Part shown: piece after piece, positions 9,441 through 17,720 of the stretch
How the letters are laid out: each line of letters starts with the position of its first letter
Position numbering within the stretch: the stretch's first letter is position 1
Source of the DNA: a virus
UHGV virus genome: UHGV-1367859
Strand: one strand, 5' to 3'
Length of the DNA stretch: 64,000 bases
Notes under the pieces: model-generated
What the model saw: the letters and a program-made list of their open reading frames with translations, nothing else
What the model was told of the DNA's origin: nothing
Databases searched by the model: none
Position numbers and translations under genes: made by a program

Positions 9441-9767
9441 CTACCATATAGAAGGTAATGCCCTTAAATGATTTCCTTCTCTCTCTCTTGCCTGCTTTAT
9501 TGCTTTGGCTTTGTCATAAGTCTTTTTCACAGCAGTTCTATTAGCTGTGTTATACTCCTCAAGTATTATAGCATAACTGTGTATATCCATATCTACTAGA
9601 GTATATGTCTTTGAGTATTTGACAAGATTGTTCCTTTTGAGAGCAGCCCAGAAATGAGATGACTTTGGACAGCCACATTCTTTCAGGATTATATCCCATT
9701 GCTTCTTGGTGAAGCTTAAGTTATTGAACCAGGATAATCTTTCAACAACTTGTTCTTGCTGTGTCAT
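9441..9767 (-). CDS. hypothetical protein (terminates with TAG)
   Basis: 108-aa ORF. Its stop codon is TAG, so amber still terminates this early-block gene. Confidence 0.4.
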   Translation of the reverse strand: MTQQEQVVERLSWFNNLSFTKKQWDIILKECGCPKSSHFWAALKRNNLVKYSKTYTLVDMDIHSYAIILEEYNTANRTAVKKTYDKAKAIKQAREREGNHLRALPSIW

Positions 9768-9772
9768 TTGAT

Positions 9773-10156
9773 TTATTCATTGATACCTAACTCTTGTTTG
9801 ATTTGGGTCTGTACTTCTTTAGGTAGGTAATACTTATATTCCTTGCCTGTCTTCTTTGATACTCTCTTGACATAACAAGCACCTTTCTTAGTGATAAAGA
9901 TAGGATACTTGTTACCTTGTTTGTCTTCCCAAATATACTTGGTCTGAGTATCATTTGCAGTAGATTTGGTTTGTTCAACCTTGAAGGTGTCACCTTCTCT
10001 TTTGACCTCTGCATATCCTGTTACTGCAAATATTGATAGGAGAATGCAGATTATGAGCTTTTTCATCGTTTGTTTTTGTGTTCTGAGTATTTTATTAGAA
10101 GGAAAAAGATGAAGAATAGTATGATTGTTCCTATTATTAGGTCTAAGTTTTTCCAT
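9773..10156 (-). CDS. secreted hypothetical protein
   Basis: The internal Met MKKLIICILLSIFAVTGYA looks like a signal peptide, so the true start is probably that internal ATG. Confidence 0.4.
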   Translation of the reverse strand: MEKLRPNNRNNHTILHLFPSNKILRTQKQTMKKLIICILLSIFAVTGYAEVKREGDTFKVEQTKSTANDTQTKYIWEDKQGNKYPIFITKKGACYVKRVSKKTGKEYKYYLPKEVQTQIKQELGINE

Positions 10157-10201
10157 TGATTAGTCAGTAAAAACAGTTATACATTATAGATTAAGCCCAA
10201 T

Positions 10202-10468
10202 TTAGATGTCCCCGTCAGAGAGCCATTTACATAGGAGGATTGCCAATGCCCAACAAACGAGCATTGCAGTAAAGAATAGTAAAATATCCATATTATTAAT
10301 ATTCAAGGGATTACAGTAGAAAAGAGGGATAATAGAGAAGGAATGTTTTATCCTATCCCATACTATCCCTCTTGTATAGAGTGTCAAGTAACAGAACATT
10401 CTATATCCACTATCAACATTAATACCTTTCAAGTGTAAGACACATAATAGGATACTATTAATGTTCAA
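10202..10468 (-). CDS. small membrane protein
   Basis: 88-aa ORF with a C-terminal hydrophobic helix. Confidence 0.3.
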   Translation of the reverse strand: MNINSILLCVLHLKGINVDSGYRMFCYLTLYTRGIVWDRIKHSFSIIPLFYCNPLNINNMDILLFFTAMLVCWALAILLCKWLSDGDI

Positions 10469-10492
10469 ACATTATTAATGTTCAGAGGATAA

Positions 10493-10522
10493 AAAGGGGA
10501 GCAGGCTTTCGCCTGCCCTCCA
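10493..10522 (-). terminator. rho-independent terminator (minus strand)
   Basis: Minus strand: ggagggcaggc-gaaa-gcctgctcccc followed by ttttta. It overlaps the stop codon of the ORF at 10523-10837. Confidence 0.6.
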
Positions 10523-10837
10523 TCAGAACTCTGCTACTACAGGTGCACCGCCCTGACCTTCCTCATGGAGGAGGTAGAACTGCTCACCTTCATTGCCTTT
10601 GACAAGGCTAATCATTGGGTGTGCAGGTACACCTTTGGCTGCAACTGCGCCTGTCTTTGCGCCGAAGGTGAAGAAGAGCTTGCCTGTGTTGGGATTCTTC
10701 TTCACTTGGATTTTGTCTACGCGCTTTTCAGCTTTGAACTGTTCGACTGTGAGAGTGTCGAGGAACTCAAGGTTTTTGTTTGCTTCCATTTGATTGTGGA
10801 TTAAACGATTGAACATTTTGCCTACCAGGGGTAACAC
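10523..10837 (-). CDS. hypothetical protein
   Basis: 104-aa ORF followed directly by a strong terminator hairpin. Confidence 0.45.
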   Translation of the reverse strand: MLPLVGKMFNRLIHNQMEANKNLEFLDTLTVEQFKAEKRVDKIQVKKNPNTGKLFFTFGAKTGAVAAKGVPAHPMISLVKGNEGEQFYLLHEEGQGGAPVVAEF

Positions 10838-10889
10838 CCCATTGGGCTAAGTGATGGGGAGGGTGTGGTTGGTGTATCCCCCACTCACG

Positions 10890-10935
10890 ACAATATCCAA
10901 AAAATTTTTTTAAAAAAAAAATTAAAATTTTTCCT
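10890..10935. repeat. AT-only palindromic tract in the divergent intergenic region
   Basis: The sequence aaaaaattttttttaaaaaaaaaattaaaattttt lies between the leftward and rightward gene blocks. Confidence 0.5.
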
Positions 10936-10942
10936 TAGCCTC

Positions 10943-10975
10943 TTGCATATATCAGATATTTTTACTAACTTTGCA
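10943..10975 (+). promoter_or_regulatory. Bacteroidetes-type sigma-A promoter (-33 TTG / -7 TAnnTTTG)
   Basis: TTG at 10943-10945, then a 20-nt spacer, then TAACTTTG at 10966-10973. Confidence 0.5.
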
Positions 10976-11256
10976 CCCACTAGGACATAACAAGTACTAG
11001 GCTACATATCCAACCTACTAAGGTTGAAGAGGTTAAGATAGTTGAGAAGTCTCCAAGCCAACATGGGAAAGTAAAGGATACCATAAGTAGGGCAGAGGTA
11101 ATTGGAGCTTGAGATAAGAAGAGAAGAACTAATAGTATATAAACGCCTTCAATGCTATCTTAATACTATACCAGAGAGCTTAATTGGTGAATTGCTCTAG
11201 GTCTCTTTATATCTTTAAGTGAATAGGTTGATTATGGTAGCTAGGAATTAGAATAA

Positions 11257-12315
11257 TTGTACGAAGATATGTGGGATAATCTTTCAATGGCTGAAAAAGC
11301 TAATATTATAATGTTAGGTATAAAATCGGGTATTGTAGATTTGCCAACCATAAGAAGGGGTTATAATAGTTTTGCTAGAGGGGGATATACTAAGTGGAAA
11401 GAGAAGATTCAAAAGCATAAAGGAATTATTATAGATGGTGATGACACCTATGACTATAGAGGGTTTTATGATAGCAATCCTGATGCTGCTTGGGAGATGC
11501 TGAAAGAGTCTGGTACAAGTCACTTTCCTGATAGATTTAAGACTGCAAGTCACCCATCCTTCTCAGATGAATCTCAATACTCTGGCAGAGTAAGTAGACA
11601 CAATCCTAAAGGTATACAAGGTGGTCATTGGTATAATGACCACATATACCAAATGTCGGAAGACCAGTTCAGCACAGACTGGGATACAGATAGAACTTTA
11701 GATTATTTCAGTCAAGAAAATGAGTCTCCTGTATTATACGGACCAGATGGCTCTACAGTACTAAGAAGTATACAAGTTACGCCTCAGTCTTCTGCACTAA
11801 ATAGAAGTAGAGAGGCAACAAGCCCAAATACTGACTTTAGTAATGCACAGGACATGACAGGAACACAACAGTTTGGGGCTAATTGGTTAGCAGAAATACC
11901 TATTATAGGTACTAATCCTCACACTTGTCTTAATACAGTTACAGGGTTTTATGACCCTAAGAGTACTGTAGCATCTAATGCTAATATGGTAGCTAGACCT
12001 GAAGATTTTGGGTATAGAGAGATACCACAAACTGAGGCAGTCCCTGGAGATATTATTATACTTTCAAATAGTGATAATCATCCTACTCACGCTGTAATGT
12101 TTGACAGTGTATCTGAGGAAGAGGGGATACATAATGGGTATCATATTGAAGTAGGAGATACCTTAGTTAACTATTCTAATGGAGGGAGAAATAAAGGCGA
12201 CTATAGGTTGCAAGGACCATTGCCTAGATTTAATGACCCAGAGAGAGCAGGAGGAGATTTTTCAGGGGTACATAGGTACTATAGATACACTGGAAAAGGA
12301 AGAAAGAAAAAATAA
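11257..12315 (+). CDS. putative CHAP/NlpC-P60-like peptidase (cell-wall hydrolase)
   Basis: The C-terminal region has Cys...His spacing (GTNPHTCLNTVTGFY ... PGDIIIL ... HPTHAVMF) reminiscent of CHAP/NlpC-P60 domains. Confidence 0.35.
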   Translation: MYEDMWDNLSMAEKANIIMLGIKSGIVDLPTIRRGYNSFARGGYTKWKEKIQKHKGIIIDGDDTYDYRGFYDSNPDAAWEMLKESGTSHFPDRFKTASHPSFSDESQYSGRVSRHNPKGIQGGHWYNDHIYQMSEDQFSTDWDTDRTLDYFSQENESPVLYGPDGSTVLRSIQVTPQSSALNRSREATSPNTDFSNAQDMTGTQQFGANWLAEIPIIGTNPHTCLNTVTGFYDPKSTVASNANMVARPEDFGYREIPQTEAVPGDIIILSNSDNHPTHAVMFDSVSEEEGIHNGYHIEVGDTLVNYSNGGRNKGDYRLQGPLPRFNDPERAGGDFSGVHRYYRYTGKGRKKK

Positions 12316-12477
12316 TTCAGTAAAAAAAAAGTTGTATATAAAAAACATAATATGAAACTAGGCACACATAATTCAATGTCTTATCTTAAACCTAAAAGAT
12401 GGTGGATGAGACCTTTTCACTTCATAGCTAAATGTCAAAGTAGACATATAGACCATTAGTACAAGCTAGGTGCTAGA

Positions 12478-12924
12478 ATGTTTGATATAAGAGTCTCTTA
12501 TAATAAGTATGGAGAAGCTGAATTTAGACATGGCTCTATGGCATTTGAAGGAGATGTAGAAGGAGTATTTAAATATTTGAATAGTCGTAATAGAGCTATC
12601 TATGTAAGATTAATTCTAGAAGTGTCAAAGAATACTAAGAACAGGGAAGATAAAGAAAGACTGTTTATTAATGATTGTAAGAGATGGGCTGAGACATATA
12701 CCCATATTAAATTTTTCTGCGGAAGAAGAAAATTTGATTGGGTTCAGTTATATAAGTTTGAACTAGATGATATAGAGCTTGTTCAGAAAATCTCCTCCAT
12801 GACTGGTACAGTACTAGATGATTGGTGGCCTTGGCTATATGCAAGGTTCTTCAATAAGAAGAATCTAGAAAAGCATAGAGATAGTAAGGATTGGATGTTG
12901 ATTGATTTTATTGGAATGGTATAA
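12478..12924 (+). CDS. hypothetical protein
   Basis: 148-aa ORF. Confidence 0.4.
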   Translation: MFDIRVSYNKYGEAEFRHGSMAFEGDVEGVFKYLNSRNRAIYVRLILEVSKNTKNREDKERLFINDCKRWAETYTHIKFFCGRRKFDWVQLYKFELDDIELVQKISSMTGTVLDDWWPWLYARFFNKKNLEKHRDSKDWMLIDFIGMV

Positions 12925-13005
12925 AGTGTGATAATTTATCTATGGTAATATAAAAGCCATAGATAAATTATTTTATTATATAAGCTAAAAAAAACACTTA
13001 GCCTA

Positions 13006-13040
13006 TTGGATATATCATGGCTATTATATAACTTTGCATT
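13006..13040 (+). promoter_or_regulatory. Bacteroidetes-type sigma-A promoter
   Basis: TTG at 13006-13008, a 20-nt spacer, TAACTTTG at 13029-13036, and an ATG at 13055. Confidence 0.45.
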
Positions 13041-13054
13041 ATATATAAGAATAA

Positions 13055-14089
13055 ATGAAAACTAGAAAAGAGACTGTACTAGGTAAGAGATTAGTGTAGG
13101 GAGACCCTAATCTAGTTACCAAAGATGAAATACTTGTAAAAGAAGTTGGGAATGAAGTTAAGTTATATGAGAGAAGTGATAATGGTAAACTTGTGTTATT
13201 AACTCCTGAAAGTAATAAACCTGCACCTAAAGATTATTTAGAGGTTTATTGGGCTAATTTCTCATGTCATATGAACCCAGGAAACATGGTACCTACTGAC
13301 ACTGCGTATACCATAGCTATAGACGCTCTACCATTAAAAAGAAATGGAAAAAATATATAGTATTTTTTATTTTCATTTCCTTTTTAGGGAGACTACTCCC
13401 TCGATGAGGGAGAAGTGACTGTTCTTACGAGATTAAGAACAGTCGACAACTCCCATTTGTTGGAGTTGCAAGAATTAAATAAAATACATAATATACAAGA
13501 CGTCCTTAATATAATAACTAAGGATGCGTTTGTCGAGGACCTACATACAACCAATTATATTCCATCTATAATACGCCAAAAATCTAGAGGAATTCTTGGT
13601 TTAATTAAATTAACTGCTAATACAGACGATTATCATATTCTAGATGCAAACTTAGAATTTCTTCCTGCGTTTACACAGAAAGAGGAACTTGAGGAGTAGA
13701 AATCTTTATTAGATGGGTCATTCAGAGAATGGAGGTGGAAAGCTAACTTTAAAATAAAAAATATAGATAATTAGGTTAGAACCTTCCTAGCTGAAGAAAT
13801 GTGTTATGTAGATGGAACTGTGATAGCAGGTTCTATAGGACCTACTTATCTTCAAAGCATTCGCCAGGCAATTATTAAGAATAAAGAAGTCTATGTTGGA
13901 GAGGTCCCAGCTAATGGAGGCCGTCATAAAGTAGATAATGGGGTAATACAACATGCTAAGTATCTATTTACTAGAAATACCTATGTTGTTAACTAGGCCT
14001 ATAAAAGCAGATAGACTCCTGTCTCTCAGGAGGATCTTCGCAGGTATTTTATAAAAAACATAAGCCAACACAAAATTTTAACAAAATAA
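13055..14089 (+). CDS. hypothetical protein with in-frame TAG codons (amber-recoded)
   Basis: A single frame stays open from ATG 13055 to TAA 14087-14089 with about 7 in-frame TAG and no TAA/TGA. It joins the track ORFs at 13415-13699 and 13799-13996, which are in the same frame. Confidence 0.5.
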
Positions 14090-14168
14090 AAAAAAAAGAG
14101 AAGGAGAACATGCCACCTGTACCCGACGCGTCGAGTGTGGTGATTCTCCTTTTTTTTCTGTCTAAAAA

Positions 14169-14205
14169 TTTGCATATATCAAAAATTTTACCTAACTTTG
14201 CACTG
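14169..14205 (+). promoter_or_regulatory. Bacteroidetes-type sigma-A promoter upstream of the tRNA array
   Basis: TTTG at 14169-14172, a 20-nt spacer, and TAACTTTG at 14193-14200. The first tRNA starts at 14222. Confidence 0.5.
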
Positions 14206-14221
14206 TAATTCAAGAGAACAT

Positions 14222-14293
14222 TGCCACTTGGTGTAATGGTCAGCACATCAGATTTTGGTTCTGAGTGTAAGGGTTCAAGTCCTTTAGTGGCAA
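14222..14293 (+). tRNA. tRNA-Gln (anticodon UUG)
   Basis: Acceptor tgccact/agtggca, D-arm gtg-taatggtcag-cac, anticodon stem tcaga/tctga, loop ttttggt, T-arm aaggg-ttcaagt-ccttt. Confidence 0.75.
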
Positions 14294-14297
14294 CTAT

Positions 14298-14369
14298 GCT
14301 CCCTTAGTTCAATGGAAGAACAAGGGTCTTCTAAGCCCTAAGTTGTAAGTTCGAGTCTTACAGGGAGTA
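14298..14369 (+). tRNA. tRNA-Arg (anticodon UCU)
   Basis: Acceptor gctccct/agggagt, D-stem gttc/gaac, anticodon stem agggt/gccct, loop cttctaa, T-arm gtaag-ttcgagt-cttac. Confidence 0.75.
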
Positions 14370-14454
14370 CAAACTTGTTCGTGAAAAGAATGTAAATGGC
14401 AAAGAAGTGAGAATCATTACCTACCTAGCCTGTGAAGGTGCAAGTAGGGTGCAT

Positions 14455-14527
14455 GGTGCCATCTTCTAAATGGTCAGGAAACTGCCCTTTCAAGGCAGTA
14501 ATCTGGGTTCAAACCCCAGTGGCACTA
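14455..14527 (+). tRNA. tRNA-Glu (anticodon UUC)
   Basis: Acceptor ggtgcca/tggcact, anticodon stem ctgcc/ggcag, loop ctttcaa, T-arm ctggg-ttcaaac-cccag. Confidence 0.75.
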
Positions 14528-14536
14528 CAATATATA

Positions 14537-14609
14537 GCTCATGAAGTGTAATGGTTTTGCATATCACACTGTCAATGTGAGGGATGGGGTTCAATTCCCC
14601 CATGGGCTG
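14537..14609 (+). tRNA. tRNA-Asp (anticodon GUC)
   Basis: Acceptor agctcat/atgggct, anticodon stem tcaca/tgtga, loop ctgtcaa, T-loop ttcaatt. The D-stem is weak. Confidence 0.6.
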
Positions 14610-14643
14610 CTGGCTATGTAACAAAGGCTCAGAGGAGCCAAAT

Positions 14644-14730
14644 GGAAGTCTAATCTATCAGGGATAGAAGCAGTCTTGAAAACTGAATGCTCATGTGAAA
14701 GTGGGTGGGGTTCGAGTCCTCAGGCTTCCT
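14644..14730 (+). tRNA. tRNA-Ser (anticodon UGA), long variable arm
   Basis: Acceptor ggaagtc(t)/(a)ggcttcc, possibly an 8-bp stem. D-stem tcta/taga, anticodon stem cagt/actg with loop cttgaaa, a roughly 20-nt variable region, and T-arm tgggg-ttcgagt-cctca. Confidence 0.5.
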
Positions 14731-14921
14731 CTATGATAACAATATTGAGAAGAGAAGGGTGGGTACTCAACCCTAATGATAAAGTAGTCAACTCAATACT
14801 TAAGAGAGTTGAACAGAACAATGGACTATGTCCCTGTCAGAATGACTCTGAGGATAAGCATTGTCCTTGTTCGAACTATAGAGTACTAGACCACTGTTGC
14901 TGCGGTTTATATAAGAAACTT

Positions 14922-15006
14922 GGAGAGTAATTTATCAAGGTGATAAACCTATCTGCTAAATAGTGTGGTCATTAATTTGGCTTTGGTTCGAGTCCAATGC
15001 TCTCCT
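14922..15006 (+). tRNA. tRNA-Ser (anticodon GCU), long variable arm
   Basis: Acceptor ggagagt/gctctcc, D-stem ttta/taaa, anticodon stem ctat/atag with loop ctgctaa, T-arm tttgg-ttcgagt-ccaat with one mismatch. 85 nt long. Confidence 0.45.
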
Positions 15007-15012
15007 CAACAT

Positions 15013-15087
15013 AGAGTAGTAGGGTAATAGGTAACCCCCTTCATTTGGGATGAAGTGATACTGCAAGTTCGAGTCTTGTCTACTCTA
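15013..15087 (+). tRNA. tRNA-Pro (anticodon UGG)
   Basis: Acceptor agagtag/ctactct, D-stem gggt/accc, anticodon stem cttca/tgaag, loop tttggga, T-arm gcaag-ttcgagt-cttgt. Confidence 0.7.
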
Positions 15088-15093
15088 CTTAAT

Positions 15094-15167
15094 GGGCGTT
15101 GTGGTGTAATTGGCTAACACATCTCCTTTGCAAGGAGAAGTTCAGGGTTCAAGTCCCTCATTGTCCA
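15094..15167 (+). tRNA. tRNA-Ala (anticodon UGC)
   Basis: Acceptor gggcgtt/attgtcc with the G3-U70 wobble that is the Ala identity element. Anticodon stem tctcc/ggaga, loop tttgcaa, T-loop ttcaagt. Confidence 0.7.
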
Positions 15168-15252
15168 CTTTGTTTTTCATGTTTTCATAAAATTGTAGGA
15201 CTGTTGTTAGTCCCTCTTTTCGGCAGTTAGAGGATAAAGAAACTGCCCACTT

Positions 15253-15323
15253 TGGGATATAGCTCGAAGGTCGAGCGTGAGACTGTTAATCTCTTGGTGA
15301 GAGTTCGATTCTCTCTATCCCAG
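15253..15323 (+). tRNA. tRNA-Asn (anticodon GUU)
   Basis: Acceptor tgggata/tatccca, D-stem gctc/gagc, anticodon stem (t)gaga/tctc(t), loop ctgttaa, T-arm gagag-ttcgatt-ctctc. Confidence 0.7.
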
Positions 15324-15442
15324 CCTAATAAAGAGAATAGTACTAGTGTAAGACTCAACGTAACATGTTCAGATATTAGCTCTGTTCTGAGTGTCGTATA
15401 ACTCAACCTAGCTACAGGGGGTGGTTAAAGGTAGCAACTGGT

Positions 15443-15483
15443 AGGTATGGTACTAGTAAAAGTTCGATTCTTTTACCTACCAC
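15443..15483 (+). other. tRNA-like minihelix (acceptor plus T-arm only)
   Basis: ggtaggt ... aaaag-ttcgatt-ctttt-acctacc-a gives a perfect acceptor and T-arm, but there is no room for D or anticodon arms. It lies directly upstream of the HNH ORF start. Confidence 0.25.
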
Positions 15484-15484
15484 T

Positions 15485-15961
15485 ATGAGAAGAAAAGGTA
15501 CAAGTAAAGTATATAGTATCTCTGATAAGGAGTTTATAAATTTAATAAATAGAGTTAATAGTTACTCTGATGCCCTGAGAGCATTAGGACTAACTACTAA
15601 AGGGGGTTCTTCACAAGATGTCTTGAAAAGAAGAATCCAAGAACTAGGATGTTCAACATCTCACTTTGGAGATGTAAGCATAAAATCTCCAACGCAAGTA
15701 TATCCCATTGAGAACATACTAGTAAAGAATAGTAGCTATGCTAATATAGCTTCACTTAAAAGAAGGCTTATAGACAATAAGTTGCTAAAATATGAATGCA
15801 GTAAATGTGGTATATCCTCGTGGAATGGTCAGCCACTATCTCTACATCTAGACCACATAAATGGTATAAATAATGACCATAGATTAGAGAATTTAAGATT
15901 CTTATGCCCTAACTGTCATTCACAGACAAGTACATACGCAGGTAAAAACAAAAGAAAATAA
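15485..15961 (+). CDS. HNH homing endonuclease
   Basis: CSKCG ... LDHINGINNDHRLENLRFLCPNCH is an HNH/Zn-finger motif. It is paralogous to 8236-8652 and embedded in the tRNA array. Confidence 0.75.
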   Translation: MRRKGTSKVYSISDKEFINLINRVNSYSDALRALGLTTKGGSSQDVLKRRIQELGCSTSHFGDVSIKSPTQVYPIENILVKNSSYANIASLKRRLIDNKLLKYECSKCGISSWNGQPLSLHLDHINGINNDHRLENLRFLCPNCHSQTSTYAGKNKRK

Positions 15962-15970
15962 TCATTACTC

Positions 15971-16042
15971 ATTGGTGTAGTGTTAATGGTAGCACAGTGA
16001 ACTCCAAATTCACAAGTGAGGGTTCGATTCCTTCCACCTTTG
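15971..16042 (+). tRNA. tRNA-Trp (anticodon CCA)
   Basis: D-stem gtgt/gcac, anticodon stem gtgaa/ttcac, loop ctccaaa, T-arm gaggg-ttcgatt-ccttc. The acceptor stem has two mismatches. Confidence 0.55.
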
Positions 16043-16048
16043 CCACAT

Positions 16049-16122
16049 TGGGATATAGCTTAGATGGTTAAAGCATCTGACTGATATTCAGAAGACCGTA
16101 GGTTCAAGTCCCACTATCCCAA
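16049..16122 (+). tRNA. tRNA-Ile (anticodon GAU)
   Basis: Acceptor tgggata/tatccca, D-stem gctt/aagc, anticodon stem tctga/tcaga, loop ctgatat, T-loop ttcaagt. Confidence 0.7.
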
Positions 16123-16124
16123 CT

Positions 16125-16206
16125 GTACTAGTAGCTTAATGGTAAAGCACCACACTGTGAATGTGGAAGATGTGAGTTCAATTCTCACCTAGCACCCCAA
16201 CATATG
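16125..16206 (+). tRNA. tRNA-His (anticodon GUG)
   Basis: Acceptor gtactag/ctagcac with one mismatch, D-stem gctt/aagc, anticodon stem ccaca/tgtgg, loop ctgtgaa, T-arm gtgag-ttcaatt-ctcac. Confidence 0.6.
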
Positions 16207-16214
16207 GATGTATC

Positions 16215-16291
16215 CCCTGTGTCTTATACACACTAGAAAGGGTAGTTGGTCACACGCAGGTTCAAGCCCTGCCATCCATACAATACTCATG
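16215..16291 (+). tRNA. atypical tRNA or tRNA pseudogene (isotype undetermined)
   Basis: It has a perfect acceptor (atggatg/catccat) and T-arm (gcagg-ttcaagc-cctgc), but the internal 43 nt does not fold into canonical D and anticodon arms. The only good hairpin is tgtgt-cttat-acaca. Confidence 0.3.
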
Positions 16292-16338
16292 AGTGGCATA
16301 GTAGTCCCTGGGGTGGTTTCAAACTGCTATGTCTGTAT

Positions 16339-16410
16339 CTCTAGGATTCCGAATGGTTAGGAGCTGGTCTGCAAAACCAGTATTTGTGGGTTCAATTCCC
16401 ACCCTAGAGT
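16339..16410 (+). tRNA. tRNA-Cys (anticodon GCA)
   Basis: Acceptor ctctagg/cctagag, anticodon stem ctggt/accag, loop ctgcaaa, T-arm gtggg-ttcaatt-cccac. Confidence 0.7.
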
Positions 16411-16522
16411 CCTTGGAGGAGCAGGTAGTCTATCCATGGAAAAACCTCCGTAAAAACAGCTACAATTGACTACTAAGGAGAAGGAAGGGATAAATAACTC
16501 CTTAACAAATACCCTTCTACCA

Positions 16523-16594
16523 CTTCCTATAGCTCAATGGTAGAGCTACTGACTCTTAATCAGAAGGTTCAAGGTTCAAATCCTTGTAGGAAGA
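16523..16594 (+). tRNA. tRNA-Lys (anticodon CUU)
   Basis: Acceptor cttccta/taggaag, D-stem gctc/gagc, anticodon stem ctga/tcag, loop ctcttaa, T-arm caagg-ttcaaat-ccttg. Confidence 0.75.
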
Positions 16595-16776
16595 CATAAC
16601 ATTTTAATTAAATAACAGTGTTATGAGAGTACTTAGATTTATTAAGAAAGCAGTCAAAGCTTATTTTAGAATGACTGCTGAGAACTATTCTATAAGGTGT
16701 ACAGGTGATGTATTTATACCTGTCCCTTAAGGATAGTTCCTCCTTCCTCTCTGACAAGTTATTTGATAATAAATAT

Positions 16777-16857
16777 GGGAGTATCGCGTAGTGGCAATCG
16801 CAGTTGACTGTAAATCAACCCTCTAAGAGTTCATAGGTTCGAGTCCTTTTGCTCCCA
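16777..16857 (+). tRNA. tRNA-Tyr (anticodon GUA), long variable arm
   Basis: Acceptor gggagta/tgctccc, D-arm gcg-tagtggcaat-cgc, anticodon stem gttga/tcaac, loop ctgtaaa, a 13-nt variable arm, and T-loop ttcgagt. Confidence 0.75.
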
Positions 16858-16922
16858 CTTCAATAGAACTTTGGCTTTTATCTATAAGCCTGACAGGGGT
16901 AGAGACCTGAATAGATAATATT

Positions 16923-16996
16923 GGAACTTTGGTGTAGATGGTTTGTCACATCAGATTGAAGCTCTGAGGGCTGGGGTTCGACTCCCTGAGGTTCCA
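16923..16996 (+). tRNA. tRNA-Phe (anticodon GAA)
   Basis: Acceptor ggaactt/aggttcc, anticodon stem tcaga/tctga, loop ttgaagc, T-arm tgggg-ttcgact-ccctg. Confidence 0.75.
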
Positions 16997-17019
16997 CTAC
17001 ATAGTAAAAAGAGAAAGAT

Positions 17020-17619
17020 ATGGTAATAAAAAGAGGGGATAAAGGTCCTAATGTAAAGCTCCTTCAGAGGAAGCTTAATCTGAAAGATGATGGAATATTT
17101 GGACCTCTCACAGAAGAAGCAGTCAAAGAATTTCAGAAGGCTAATGGTCTTGTTGTAGATGGCATAGTGGGAAATAACACATGGTCTAAGCTGAATGTAA
17201 CTCAGAACAAGAGGAATATAAAGGAAATTATAGTTCATTGTTCTGCTACTCCTGAAGGTGAGGACTTTACTACTGCGCAGATTAAGCAATGGCACCTTCA
17301 AAGAGGTTTCTCTGATATAGGTTATCATTATGTAATCTATAGAGATGGGTCAATACATGCTGGTAGACCAGAGGCTATATCTGGAGCACACTGTACTGGG
17401 CACAATACAATGTCTATTGGAGTATGCTATATCGGAGGATGTGCCAAGGATGGAAAAACTCCAAAAGATACTAGAACTGAAGCTCAAAAAGCTGCTCTAG
17501 TACAGCTTCTTAAACAGCTTAAAGCAAAGTACCCTAATGCTACAATACATGGCCATAGGGAGTTTGCAAATAAAGCATGTCCAAGTTTTGATGCTAAAGC
17601 AGAATATACTTCTCTCTAA
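17020..17619 (+). CDS. endolysin: peptidoglycan-binding domain plus N-acetylmuramoyl-L-alanine amidase (amidase_2/PGRP type)
   Basis: An N-terminal PG_binding_1-like repeat (GDKGPNVKLLQRKLN...DGIFGPLTEEAVKEFQ) followed by an amidase_2 signature (GYHYVIYRDGSIHAGRPEAISGAHCTGHNTMSIGVCYIGG). It is embedded in the tRNA array. Confidence 0.8.
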   Translation: MVIKRGDKGPNVKLLQRKLNLKDDGIFGPLTEEAVKEFQKANGLVVDGIVGNNTWSKLNVTQNKRNIKEIIVHCSATPEGEDFTTAQIKQWHLQRGFSDIGYHYVIYRDGSIHAGRPEAISGAHCTGHNTMSIGVCYIGGCAKDGKTPKDTRTEAQKAALVQLLKQLKAKYPNATIHGHREFANKACPSFDAKAEYTSL

Positions 17620-17630
17620 AAAGAGAGACA
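17609..17630 (+). terminator. hairpin at the endolysin stop codon
   Basis: The hairpin tctctc-taaaaa-gagaga spans the TAA stop codon and is weakly terminator-like. Confidence 0.3.
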
Positions 17631-17634
17631 ATAA

Positions 17635-17716
17635 GCCTCTGTGGTGAAATGGTAAACACAAGGGACTTAAAATCCCTCGGATTTAATCCTTGAGGGTTCA
17701 AATCCCTCCAGAGGTA
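17635..17716 (+). tRNA. tRNA-Leu (anticodon UAA), long variable arm
   Basis: Acceptor gcctctg/cagaggt, anticodon stem aggga/tccct, loop cttaaaa, T-arm gaggg-ttcaaat-ccctc. Confidence 0.75.
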
Positions 17717-17720
17717 CAAT

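Noticed and set aside
14298-14369. The anticodon loops cttctaa, both in this tRNA and in the minus-strand tRNA at 8673-8745, contain CTA and could be misread as amber suppressors.
   Set aside because: With the 5-bp anticodon stem in its only good register, CTA occupies positions 35-37. The anticodon (positions 34-36) is UCU (Arg). The genuine CUA anticodon is in the tRNA at 18302-18373.
14676-14730. The 5' part of track ORF 14676-14930 taken as coding.
   Set aside because: It overlaps the tRNA-Ser(UGA) T-arm and acceptor. Only the downstream internal-ATG portion (14733-14930) is plausibly coding, and that at low confidence.
14951-14960. The loop tgctaaa in tRNA-Ser(GCU) could be read as a CUA anticodon.
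   Set aside because: That register lacks U33 and breaks the stem. The alternative ctgctaa loop gives GCU and has U33 and A37.
16885-16902. The hairpin ggctt-ttatctat-aagcc has CTA in an 8-nt loop, suggesting a possible frameshift or suppressor tRNA anticodon arm.
   Set aside because: There is no acceptor, D-arm or T-arm context around it. It is probably an intergenic hairpin between tRNA-Tyr and tRNA-Phe.
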